The translations under genes were made by a program, and so were the position numbers. A DNA stretch of 64,000 nucleotides from Lytechinus pictus (lineage: Eukaryota), in NCBI RefSeq assembly GCF_037042905.1, contig NC_087250.1, forward strand, positions 18,292,001-18,356,000, in the 5' to 3' direction. Of the stretch, positions 26,427 through 38,602 are shown one piece after another. Every line of letters begins with the position of its first letter. The stretch's first letter is position 1. Below the pieces are notes generated by a model that saw only the letters and a program-made list of their open reading frames with translations, was not told where the DNA came from and made no database searches.

Positions 26427-28386
26427 CAGTGGCGTAACTACGGGGGGGGCATGGGGGGCACGTGCCCCCCCCCCCCCCCCCAATCGGCTGGCCAAAAAAA
26501 AAAAAAAAAAAAAAACGGGGAAAAGGAGAAAAAGAGGGAAAAGGGAAAAGAAATGTAGAGGGGAAAGAAGACATTATTGTTCATTATAATGTTATATTAT
26601 ATTATGTATTACATAAGAAGCATTTTTTCATAACTTTACGAAACATTATATGCTTCATTGTGTCTTCATTGTTCCTGGTGCTCGCATAGACTGTTTAACG
26701 AGATTTATATGACACCTAGATAGATCCTTGTGATTTGATTGGTTGTTTGATATCGATCATTCAGTCCATTTTGCAATGACGTCATCAACCGTGCAATTTT
26801 GGATCCATTCATCGTGCAATTTTAGATCCATACGATTTTGTCCATTGCACTCGCGCACACAGAGTGCAGCTGCAGCATAGAGCTGCAGGCACCAACAGTG
26901 CGCATGTTGCAATGACGTAACAATCAACAGACCGAACTCGCACTGCATGAGCGTGTTTTGCATCGAAATTCATTAATTTCATATGAAAAAAAAAATCAAT
27001 TTTTAGGTGTCATATTATACAAATAATGAATGTTTATGAGTGCAATGGACAGAATACTTCATGAGGTGAAAGATGAAATGATCCATTCAACGAGGCGTAG
27101 CCGAGTTGAATGGATCATTATTTCATCTTTCACCGAATGAAGTATTCTGTCCATTGCACGAATGAAATTACATTCATTATTTGGTTTATATGACACCTAA
27201 AAAATGTTGTTGTTTTTTCATATGAAATTCATGAAATTTCGATGCAAAACATGGTCATGCAGTGCGAGTTCGGTCTGTTGATTGTTACGTCATTACAACA
27301 TGCGCACTGATGGTGCATGCATGAGCTGCAGTCTCGGTGCGCGAGTGCAATGGACAAAATCGTATGGATCCAAAATTGCACGATGAATGGATCCAAAATT
27401 GCACGGTTGATGACGTCATTGCAAAATGGGCTGAATGAACGATATCAAACAACCAATCAAATCACAAGGATCTATCTAGGTGTCATATAAAAACCAAATA
27501 ATGAATGTTTTTTTCATTCGTGCAATGGACAGAATAGTTCATTCGGTGAAAGATGAAATAATGATCCATTCAACTCGGCTACGCCTCGTTGAATGGATCA
27601 TTTCATCTTTCACCTCATGAAATATTCCGTCAATTGCACTCATAAACATTCATTATTTGTATAATGGTGAGATATGTATACTCTTAATGGATTCTTAAAA
27701 AACATAGTCCTTAAAATATCCATGTTTGGGGTCAATATATCCAAAAATTTCAGCTCGCGCTTCGCGCTCGCAGCATTTGGTTAGCTGAGATATACGTACG
27801 GTTTTAGGGAATTCCTACAAACAAGCCTTAGAATGCCCCTCAGGTCTGAATTTCCTAAATTTTCGGCTCACGCTTCGCGCTTGCAGTATTTGATTAGTAA
27901 GATGCGTATGATAATCATGATTAATGACTACAAAAGGTGCTTCATGACTGTGTTTAGATGTAATTCTAACAAAATCAGCAAAGGATGGCACTAGCATTAG
28001 ATGACTATGGTGAGATAATTATACTCTTAATGGATTCTAAAATATAGTCCTTAAAATTTCCCTGTTTAGGGTCAATATATAAAAAAATTTAAGCTCGCGC
28101 TACGCGCTCGCATTGTATGTTTAGCGAGACAGTTACGTATCATGATTACAGAAAATTGCTTATAATGTCCCTTTTTAGCTCTGAATATCAAAAAATTTCA
28201 GCTCGCGCTTCGCGTTCGCATTATTTAATCAGTGAGATACATATCCGTTTAATGGCACTGCATGTCCATAAAATATCTCTATTAGGTCAGTATACTTGAC
28301 AACTGAGCGCGCGAACCTTAGTGACTCGAAATTTTTGCTGGTGCCCCCCCCCCCCCCCCGATGCCGTGACCCACGGTACGCCACTG
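26427..28386. mobile_element. hAT-type MITE with GCTCGCGCTTCGCGCTCGC internal repeats
   Basis: CAGTGGCGTA...TACGCCACTG ends. CTCAAAGG is on the left and recurs 5 bp beyond the right end. Same family as 57664-58486. Confidence 0.8.
26706..27662. mobile_element. Compound foldback element (A-B-A'-B')
   Basis: 26706-27015 is inverted at 27186-27490, and 27017-27185 is inverted at ~27493-27662. Confidence 0.8.
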
Positions 28387-28418
28387 AACTACTCAAAGGT
28401 CAAAAAGGTCGTTACTTA

Positions 28419-28869
28419 TACCGTGTTTACACTTAATCGGCATTTGAATCGGCTCGCGGTTCTGAACCGCGAGCCGATTCAGCATCGGCTTTTTCATAGC
28501 GTGTAAACGCGAGCAACTTGAATCGGCTCGCGGTTCAGAACCGGCAATTTGCACCACCAAAGTAGTAGGTTCTGAACCGCGAGCCGATGCAGAATCGGCT
28601 TTTTTACTAGGTGTAAACAGAAAGCCGATTCTGCACCGGCAATTTGTGCGCATTTCAATTACTTTACCATTGTGACGTAATTGTAAGCGCACTGATCCAG
28701 TGTTGTCTTTATTATGACGTATATTGTTGGTACGCGTATCATTTCAGGTTTTTGCATCGGCTCGCGGTTCTGAATCGCGAGCTGCAACAACGTGTAAACG
28801 CAATCCAAATGCCGATTCTGAATCGGCATTTGGTTCAGAACCAAATGCCGATTAAGTGTAAACACGGTA
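28419..28869. mobile_element. PIF/Harbinger-type MITE
   Basis: TIR TACCGTGTTTACACTTAATCGGCATTTG. TSD TTA. Internal GAACCGCGAGCCGA repeats in both orientations. Confidence 0.88.
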
Positions 28870-31277
28870 TTACTCAACGCTGTGGGGCGCTCTTCCCGAG
28901 CGTTTCATTACGCGGTCTATGAACTATCCGATCTTCCCCTTGTGGCATCTTTGGTGATAATTATGTTGATCTAAATGTTTTTTCATACGGACCAGTTTAC
29001 TATCCTAGCCCGTGACAAAATTATTTGATATTTTTCTTTAAATTTGATTCAGAAGAAAAAAAAACATATATATATATTTAATATAATATAATAAAAAAAC
29101 ATTATATTTAAATTTACCTTCATTTCAAAAGATTATTCCTTTAAAGTCATAAAATCTAAAAATAATACTCATACACAATACATTTTTTAAATAACTTCTT
29201 ACATTTTAATTCATGAGCATAAACAAACTTTTGAAAAATTTTAACACTGAATTTAAAATCAAATGTAAATACCTATTTTTGTTTTAATCGTAGTTCGGTA
29301 TTTATATTTAGACTTGTAATCGATAAATCAGATTTTATAAGAGGAAGAACATTAATATTCTGCATCAAAATCATCAATTAACAAATGTTAAAATATCTGT
29401 TGTATGTTACTATTAAGACTGACATAACAATTTACAATAAAGAATCTTAAAAATAAATGAATTAATAGATGATGATTCATTGCATTCTGTTGGCGAAACA
29501 TTTACAGTGGACGTTCACCCAAGCGTCATTAAGTTTTACTTTAATAAAGGTAGAAAAATACTGGCGAAAGTTTGGTGAAACTCCATAAAAAAGAGGGTTC
29601 AGCTTTGTTTTAAGTTTTTTTTTATCAAAGACGTCATGTGCGAGCAGCATTCCCAAATATAATTGAATTCTATTTGTTTTGGTATGTTATATGTCGAATA
29701 CAAATATTGTTCTTATTAAAAGCTGTGGTATGAACTGTTGTGTCTGCTGGCGGATTCATGTTTTTCCAGGGGGGGGCACATTTTCTCTAGGAAAATTTGA
29801 CATGCAAAAAAGTAAAGATCAGTCCAGGATCACAAATATTTCATATGACTCTAAGACCGGCAAAGTTGCATTGAAAATATTGAATATGGCTCTCAAAATG
29901 GGGGTACGGACTGGATGTGCCCCCCCCCCCCGATCCGCCACAGGTCAGATGATATTTCCAACGCAAATGTAAAATCACTTGAGAAGCTTTGAGATTCTTT
30001 TCCCTGCGGGAAGGGGGGGGGGGCGGTGCCCGTTGTGTTCTCTCTCGGTATTTTTTTTTTCGAAACTGACCATTTGATCCCTTATATGATACACGTCTTT
30101 GTAAGAAAATTCCTAAGGTATTAACCAATCACAAACTTTATTTTGATCCGTCATCGATTCAAAATATTGTCGATTCCTGTAAAAAGAACAAAAAAACATA
30201 AGCTTGAACACATTTTTTATTATTATTCACAGTCAGTGACAAAAATTATCTTTCTGTTATTTGTTACATATGATATTTGTAATATCATAAAGAAATCGAA
30301 AATATAGAATTTGTTTGCAAAAAGGGGTTAGATCCACTTTTAGACCATTCCGAAAAAAGAAATCATGTCTCTTTTTATGAATTCTCCCATATTGCAATAT
30401 TCGTATGCGAAACTAAATTGTCATGAAACTCTACCATGCCAAACATAACATTAGATATAAAATAACTCTTCTTGTCCTTCATATCTTTTAAACATTGTTT
30501 TTTTCAAGAAATACTTTTGTGGATCTAGCCCTATTTGCCAGCACACTAAAATGGATCTGACCCCTTTTTTCTTTGACTTTTTGTTTTTTGTGTACTTTTT
30601 GATGGGAATTTCAACTTTGTTTCGATATTATCTTACCAGGCTTCCAAGTATTTATATTTTGATAGGAAATTATATGTAATAACATGTTGATCTATCTGTT
30701 TTTCTCATACGGACCAGTTTAATTACTTAGCCCGTGACAAAATTGGTTATATTTTTTTTCTTTAATTTGATTGGGAACAGAAAAAACATATATATATTTT
30801 TAATATAATATAATATAAAAACAGTTTATTTAAATTTACCTACATTTCAAAAGATTATTCCTTTAAAGTCATTAAATTAAAAAAAAAAGTACTCATACAT
30901 AATATATTTTTTAAATAACTTCTTATTTTCTAATTCATGAATATAAACAAACTTCTGAAAAAATTTTAACACTGAATTTAAAATCAAATATAAATACCTA
31001 TTTTTGTTTTAATCGTAGTTCGGTATTTATATTTAGACTTGTAATCGATAAATCAGATTTTATAAGAGGAAGAACATTAATATTCTGCATCAAAATCATA
31101 AATTAACAAATGTTAAAATATCTGTTGTAGGTAAATGTTAAGACTGATATAAAATTTACAATAAAGAATCTTAAAAATAAATGAATTAATAGATGATGAT
31201 TCATTGCATTCTGGTGGCGAAACATTTACAGTGGACGTTCACCCAAGCGTCATTAAGTTTACTGCAACTACTATCAT

Positions 31278-31945
31278 TTAACCGTAAATAGACTGGGCTA
31301 TTTTAATGCCGGAGAAGACTGGGGGGGGGGGCTAATTCAGCCCCCCCCCCCTATGATCTCGGCCGTCGACCGCGCGATCGCGACGAAAATTGGCATGTGC
31401 GTTACCCATGGCATAATCTCCAAGACTGTATGATCAAATTTTCCGAAAAATCTCATTATTCATTAATTATGCTAATTTATGCGTAAAATCAAAGATTTGC
31501 TCTAATTAACTAAATAAGGCCTCTAAACTGCGAATTTCTTATTCACAGACTCTTTGTAGGATTCTGATCAAATGTACTTTTAAAAAAATTCAATATCACA
31601 ATTTTTTCTTATGTATTTTATTGTTTTTAAAATTTCTTATGTATTTCATTGTTTTACGACTTTTTGTTTTTTATTGTTTTTTCAATGGAAATCGTCCGCT
31701 ACTTTATTCTGACCATAAACAAGATGAAATTAATTGAGTTTGATTTGTAAAATTGAAAATAATGATACATTTATTAATTTTGGCTAAAAACACAATTTGC
31801 ATTGGATTTGTACACAAATTCACGTTTTTGAGCAATTTCGGGTCGACATGCACTTACAAAATGTTGCGTAATTTCGGAACCACGTACCCAGGCATCGCAA
31901 ATTTGGTCTCAAAAGTTGCGCAAGACTTGAAAAAAAAAAGTCATG
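31278..31945. mobile_element. piggyBac-like non-autonomous element, truncated (diverged relative at ~41108-41940)
   Basis: Begins TTAA|CCGTAAATAGACTGGGCTATTT, followed by a G-run/C-run hairpin. The complementary end AAATAGCCCAGT is seen at ~41920. Confidence 0.5.
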
Positions 31946-32519
31946 GAATGGTGCTTCTTTGGAATCATCAGAGCGACAAAAAATTTATACATTGAGACCA
32001 AAAACAAATTTCATGAAAAATGGATCTAGATCTAACCCCTTTTGCAAATGAATTTTTCAGGAGGATTTGTTTAAAAAGGGGGTTAGATCCACTTTATACC
32101 ATTCCGAGATAATCATGTTTTTTAATATTCCATATTGCAATAGCATGCGAAACTAAATTGTTATGATACCCTACTATGTGAACATAAAATTGGATACAAA
32201 ACAAATCTACTTGTCTTCATATATTTTTTTTACATTTCTTTTCGAAAAATGACCTTTGTTGGATCTAAGCCCCTCCTGCCAACCAACTGAAATGGATCTA
32301 ACCAATTTTGAGGGAAAAAATATATTTTATCTTTGCCATTTTTGTTCACTTTTCTTCGGTATCATCTTATCGAGTTACTAAAAATTTATACATTGAGATA
32401 TAAACAAATCAAATTTGCTGAAACATTGATCCAACCGTTTGGCAATTGAGCTCTTCATTAAGGGGCTTTCACAATGGTGAATTATCGGATGGTCTAATAC
32501 CACATAGTCTAAACTCATT

Positions 32520-32830
32520 GGCTCGTATTCTGAAGTCAGGTTTAAGTTAAACTCAGGTTTAAAGTTGTGGTTTAAGTATGGACAGCCAAAAGTATCAATT
32601 TTTTTATTAAGTTGTACGTTTCTTATGTTTGATGTGCTCTTTCTTGATTCATCGACGGTGAAGACAATAATCTATATATACTTCCTAGACAACTATGAAT
32701 GATTTGAGAGCCGAATGAGCTGAAATATGATATCTCTACTTTTAGTGATTTATGTAACAATTGGCTGTCCATACTTAAACCACAACTTTAAACCTGAGTT
32801 TAAGTTAAACCCGACTTCAGAATACGGGCC
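32520..32830. mobile_element. Harbinger-superfamily MITE
   Basis: TIR GGC(T/C)CGTATTCTGAAGTC(A/G)GGTTTAA with ~65-bp inverted arms. Flanks ATT/AAT. Confidence 0.8.
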
Positions 32831-34519
32831 AATTTCGTCTACAACCAGATCGTCTAATATCCAATTCGTCTAATTCCCACTTGGTCTAATATCCAATTCG
32901 TCTTATTTTATTTCTTGTTTGTTTTGTTTGTTTATTTATTTTCCGATTATCAAAAAAAACACAATACATAAATATATATAACATAAATAAATAACATAAA
33001 TGACATAAATTGAAATAAATAAAATGAATTGCAAATATGTGGAATAGATAAAATATATAAAATAATCGAAAGGATTGCCCATTTCAGAGTTATTGACATA
33101 AATTACTATGTTCTTCCATGGGGTCCATAATAAAATATTAAAAAATAGTTTACATTGCAATATATAGGAAATTTGATATGGAAAAAAAAAGATCACACTC
33201 ATTTGTACAATGTAATATCATAGAGCTATAGCTCCATGGTAATATGATAGAAAACCTTAATGATGATACGGGCCTCGTTCATAACTGGCCCGTGACAAAA
33301 TTTATTAATTGATTAAGATCGTAATAATCAGACTATTTATATTACAAGATAAATTATAATTTATTTATTATATTAGAAAATAGTTTGAGTAAATTTACCT
33401 ACACCTTAAAAGATTAATCCTTTAATGTCATAAAATCTGATTTATTGCTCATACTTTTTTCTAGTTTTTCAATGTTCATGTTTGCTAATGTGAGTGTCCA
33501 TCAATATTTTAAACTTTTCAACACTGAATTTGAAACTAAAACACGAAACACGTTTTGAAGTTAATCGTAGTTCTGTGTTTTGTAGACCCGTAATCGATTA
33601 ATCCACATCATTTTATTCCACATCAGAATCATAAATTTACAAATATTATTGAATGTTAATTAAAGTTCCCTGGTAAGACTGACATGAAAGTACAATAAAA
33701 AATATATTGAAAGTAAATAGACTAACAAATTATCTATTGCATCCTCTTGGCGAATTATTTATAGTGGACGTTCAAACAGGCGTCATTAAGTTCGTTTTAA
33801 AAAAATAGAAAAATATTGGTGAAGGTTTTGTGAAGAAATCTTTCAAAGAAAAAGAGTTATAAGAAATTTCTAAAGCTTTTAATTTGTGACGTCATGCACC
33901 ATCCCCATATAATATGAGCAAACTGTGTTAATACATTTAAAGTTATGCTTAAAACTCATCTTTTTATATCTTCAATTGATCATGTCAGATGTTTATTGAC
34001 CAATTCGATGGTATTTCTTTATTCATGATCTGGTGAGAACTAGTTGTAAATTGGAATATTAGTCTAGGTACGTTTTCTTGTGCGAAGTATTTCTATTACT
34101 ATCTCCTTTACACTTCATATTTCCTTTCTCTTAAACCGCTTAGAGGCAATTTGCGAATTTGCGGTATATGAAATTAATATTATTATTATTATTAATTCCC
34201 AAATTTTTGGTATGTGATATGGCGAAGATAAAAAAAAAAGTTGTTCTCATAGAAGGGTTTATGAACTAATATGTCGGGTGATATATATATCGCATGTATG
34301 AAATCACTTGAGAAGCTTTGAGAATTTTTTTTTCCGGCGGGGGAGGTTGCCTATTATCTTGTCTCTCAATAAGATATCGTTGTAGTTTTTATTTTTGTTC
34401 TCCGCGAAAATGCCGACTTAAACCCTTATATGATAAATGTGATTAGCAAGACAATTCCTAAAAATGATAACCAATCGTAAACTTTAATTTGATCGGACAC
34501 AGATTCCATTGGAGGTGGA

Positions 34520-35100
34520 GGTGCCCTCGCCGAGTGGGTCTAAAGGCGACCGCACACCTTACGATTGGTCTACGACCCGATTTCAGAATAAAATGTTGTA
34601 GAGTTTGATGCTAATATTGAGACTTGGAATATCTTACTGTGTAATGTTCGAAATCACCGTACGAATACCTATGTTCAAATCTGTGACTATGCTATCATCC
34701 TTCTTAGAATAAAAGCGAATTTAATATATTGTCGTAATGACGTCATAGCAGTCGTACGATTGGCTACGATTTGAAACTAATTTGGCCTTTACTCCAAAAT
34801 AAAGGTTTGTAATCTTTCAAAATCGTTATATTGGTATTCTTTCAATTAATTTTAACCTCAAATAAAACGATATGTTCCATTCACATTTTCAGAAAATGAG
34901 CAAAGTGCGATTTGTTCCAAAAAATTGGATCGCGAACAGTCGTAAGGTGTGCGGTGGCCTTAAGGCGCCTGGCTATACATGGGAAGTCCGAGGTGTGATC
35001 CCCGGCCACGACACATATGTTTTGTTATCCTACATTCAAATAAATGGAATGATTTAGGCATTATTTGTAACTAGGAGGTGTGCACTTGTTAAAAAAAAAA
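34520..35100 (+). mobile_element. tRNA-derived SINE (same family as 986/12791), interrupted by a MITE
   Basis: GGTGCCCTCGCCGAGTGGGTC|TAA...TAA|GGCGCCTGGCTATACATGG, ending GTGCACTTGTT(A)n. Confidence 0.8.
34544..34960. mobile_element. PIF/Harbinger-type MITE (417 bp), same family as 1009-1424 but in the opposite orientation
   Basis: TIR AGGCGACCGCACACCTTACGA. Perfect TSD TAA. The internal sequence is the reverse complement of 1009-1424. Confidence 0.9.
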
Positions 35101-35264
35101 TAGATATTTGTAAAATTGAATTTGGAAACTTTTGCTCGCGCACAATTTTAGTTGCCTAACTTATATTAAAATTTTCTTTGGATTTCTTGATCAGTGAAAA
35201 AACGATTTAACAGATCGGGTCGTCTTTTGCTTCGTTAGTGTGTGCGGCGTGCTTCATGTTGATG

Positions 35265-35461
35265 CCATCATCATCACCATCATTGCCATCATCATCACCA
35301 TCAACGCCATCACCATCATCATCACCATTACCATCATCATCATCATCATCATCATCACCACCATCATCATCATCATCACCACCATCATCATCATCATTAC
35401 CACCATCATCATCATCATCACCACCATCATCATCATCACCACCATCATCACCATCATCATC

Positions 35462-35532
<71 letters not shown>

Positions 35533-35572
35533 CACCACCATCGCCATCATCATCACCATCGCCATCATCATA
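35265..35572. repeat. (CAT/CAC)n trinucleotide microsatellite
   Basis: Seen directly. It generates the spurious poly-S/poly-I/poly-M ORFs. Confidence 0.95.
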
Positions 35573-36082
35573 CGATATGTACGGAGGCTACTCGCATATG
35601 ACGTCACAAATCAAATAATTAAAATTCTAATAACTTTGTTTTTCTTTGATTTTCCTCAAACCTTCACCAATATGTTCATGGTATTTTACAATAAAATTTT
35701 TGTCAGGGTAAACTTTCCCCTTAACTGTTGTATATCTGAAGAATTTGTTTGCAAAAGGAGTTAGATACTCTTTAGACCATTCCGAGAAAATCGTGAATTT
35801 TTTTATTCTCTCATATTGCAATATTCTTATGCGAAACCAAATGCACCCTTCCATGTAAACATAGAATTGGGTAAAAAGGAAATCTACCTGTCTTCATATT
35901 TCTTTCAAAAAATTCCATTGAAGATTTAGCCCCTTTTGCAAACAAGATGAAATGGATCCAATCCCTTTTGAATAAAAAAAGTGATTTTTCTTTGCCCTTT
36001 TTAATCACGATTTAATGGAAATTTCAACTTTTCTTTGGTATCATCAGAGCGACTAAAAAATCTATACATATTGAGACAACCA

Positions 36083-36319
36083 CACTGCAAAAACTCCGGT
36101 GTTGATTTAACACCAGCCCGGAATCTATATATGTCCACACCAGAGAAGTATTGAAACAACACCAGTTTGGAATCAAACCGATGCTGTTTTGATACTAATT
36201 GTTGTTGTATAAACACCTATCTGGTGTTAGACCAAAACGAAACTGGTGTTGTTTAACACTTCTCTGGTGTGATATAGATTCCGGGCTGGTGTCAAATCAA
36301 CACCAGAGTTTTTGCAGTG
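36083..36319. mobile_element. CACTA/EnSpm-like MITE (copies at 36500-36740, 55136-55389, 59991-60201)
   Basis: TIR CACTGCAAAAACTCCGGTGTTGATTTAACACCAGCCCGGAATC. 2-bp TSDs: CA here, TA at 36500 and 55136. Confidence 0.85.
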
Positions 36320-36499
36320 CAAAAGAAAATCAAATTTGATGAAAAATGGATCTAACACCTTTTTCAAATGAGCTCTTCAGAAGAGTTTGTTTGCAAAAGT
36401 GGTTAGATCCACTTTATACAATTCCGAGAAAATCATTTTATTCTCCCATGGTGCATGCAGTATTGCAATATTCTCATGCGACACTAAATTGTCATGATA

Positions 36500-36740
36500 C
36501 ACTGCAAAAACTCCGGTGTTGATTTAACACCAGCCCGGAATCTATATATGTCCACATCAGAGAAGTATTGAAACACCTGTTTCGAATCAAACCGATGCTG
36601 TTTTAATACTAATTGGTGTTGTATAAACACCTATCTGGTGTTAGACCAAAACGAAACTGGTGTTGTTTAACACTTCTCTGGTGTGGACATATATAGATTC
36701 CTGGTTGGTGTTAAATCAACACCGGTGTTTTTTTGCAGTG
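36500..36740. mobile_element. CACTA/EnSpm-like MITE
   Basis: Same TIRs as 36083. TSD TA. Other subunits show the empty site GTCATGATACCCTACC. Confidence 0.85.
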
Positions 36741-37816
36741 TACCCTACCATGTGAACGTAAACTTGGTTGTAAGAGAAATCTACCTCTCTTCATATTTAA
36801 AAAAATATTTTCCCCCAAAAGTACCTTTGTGGATCTAGCCCCTTTTGCAAACTAACTGAAGTGGACCCAACCCCTTTTGAAAAAGTGATTTTCCTTTGCC
36901 AATTTTTCATTTAATTGGGAATTTCAACTTTTCCATGGTGTCATTTTACAGAGAATAAACAACCTATTCATTGAGACAAACAAAAAATCAAATTTGATGA
37001 AAACGGATCTTACCTCTACTGATAATGAGCTTTTCATTTGTTGTAACCATTCTTATAATCAGCCTGAGTTTCACCTTATTGTGAAAGGAGCACTATAAAG
37101 CTCCTTCCGACAAAATTATAATAACTAGCGTAAGTTTGCGCATTTCTACAGTAGGGGAATTTCCTAATTATATAAAAAATATATTTATATATATTAACTA
37201 GTGAGTAATATAATTGTTTTTACCTCACGATTTTGTTTGTATTTTAATTGACTAAAATCAATAGAAATCACTTTATAATAAAATGTGGTTGATGACAATG
37301 CCTGCTTATTGTGTATCCAAATACAGTTAATACAAAATATAGAAATGAAAAAGGAAAAAATATGAAGAAAAAAAAATTGAAAACGATTACAAAACAGACA
37401 TCGATTATAAAAAGATTTCGAGCCCTTCTGGTTAAAAAAAAATATATATTTTAATTCCAAATCGTGATGATCATATGGTCGGCTGCCACTTGAAGCTGAT
37501 TGGACTTTAGTCCGACCACAAGGCTTTATAGCAAACTACAATTCTGATTTTAGGATACCCATCTTTATGCCGAACTTCAAATGCAAATTTTCTTGGGATT
37601 TCCTGTTCAATGCAAAATGCGATTTTGTTAAAAAATCGCATCGTCTTTTGTTCGTGTAGTGTGCGGCATGCTTCATGTTGAGGACATCATCATCATTATT
37701 ACCACCACCGTCATCATCGTTATCATTCTATCATTAATATTATTTAGTTATTTATTTTAATTACTAGTATTATTGTCATAATAATAAATATTAATGGAAG
37801 ATGAAAATGATGGGGG

Positions 37817-38058
37817 GTGGTGATGATGATGATTAATGATGGTGATGATGATTAAGGTGGTGATGATGATGAAGGTGGTGATGATGATGATGATGACGAT
37901 GATGGTGGTGATGATGATGATGAAGATGGTTGTGATCATGATGATGATGGTGGTGGTGATGATGATGATGGTGATGATGATGGTAATGGTGGTGATGATG
38001 ATGATGATTGTGATGATGGTGATGATGGTGATGATGGCGATGGTGGTAGTGATGATGT
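37817..38058. repeat. (ATG/GTG)n trinucleotide microsatellite
   Basis: Seen directly. Confidence 0.95.
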
Positions 38059-38602
38059 TAGTGACAATAATATGTTGGGGTCTCACAAAAACTTCAAAAC
38101 ATATCTTTCCAGTTTTCATTTCAAAATTTCATTTAATCACGGTTGCATCATCGAGTACAAAAAAACAGTATCTCTACACCCTGATTTATCACTCGTTTTA
38201 AAATAATGCAAAGTTATATTTCTGTTTATTGTTTACAATTACTCCACATTTTTATAAAATATGCATTACATTACAGTATTATAGTGCCTTGATGCTCCAT
38301 CTTGGCCCAAAAGGCCGATATTTTTCAAAGCCTTGGCCTTGCCCTTGAAGTTTTTGAGCTTTGAAATTTCAAAGCATTTTCAAGACATTTTATTTTTATT
38401 TTGTACTTTCAACAGCTTTTTATGTACTAAACTTATTATTTTCATTGTTGTGTATGTTTAATGGCAATAATGGCAAATATTACCATAAAATACCCATCAG
38501 CAGCAGCAGTAGTTTAAGTGTAGTAGTTTTACCTCCTAAGTTGTTATTATAATTGTCACCATGATGATGATATCAACTGAAAGGTCAATTAATAATATCA
38601 TT

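Larger units (their letters stand above)
25047..28953. mobile_element. P-element-like non-autonomous transposon (CA...TG ends) hosting nested insertions
   Basis: TIR CAAAGATACTACAAGGGGAAGATCGGA / TCCGATCTTCCCCTTGTGGCATCTTTG, plus subterminal inverted GGGAAGGGCGCCCAACAGCGTTGAGTAAG. Degenerate ~7-bp TSD (ATAATAA/GTGATAA). Empty site at ~30680. Confidence 0.7.

Noticed and set aside
35238..35764. Poly-Ser / poly-Ile / poly-Met ORFs (also 37757-38201)
   Set aside because: These are artefacts of trinucleotide microsatellites.
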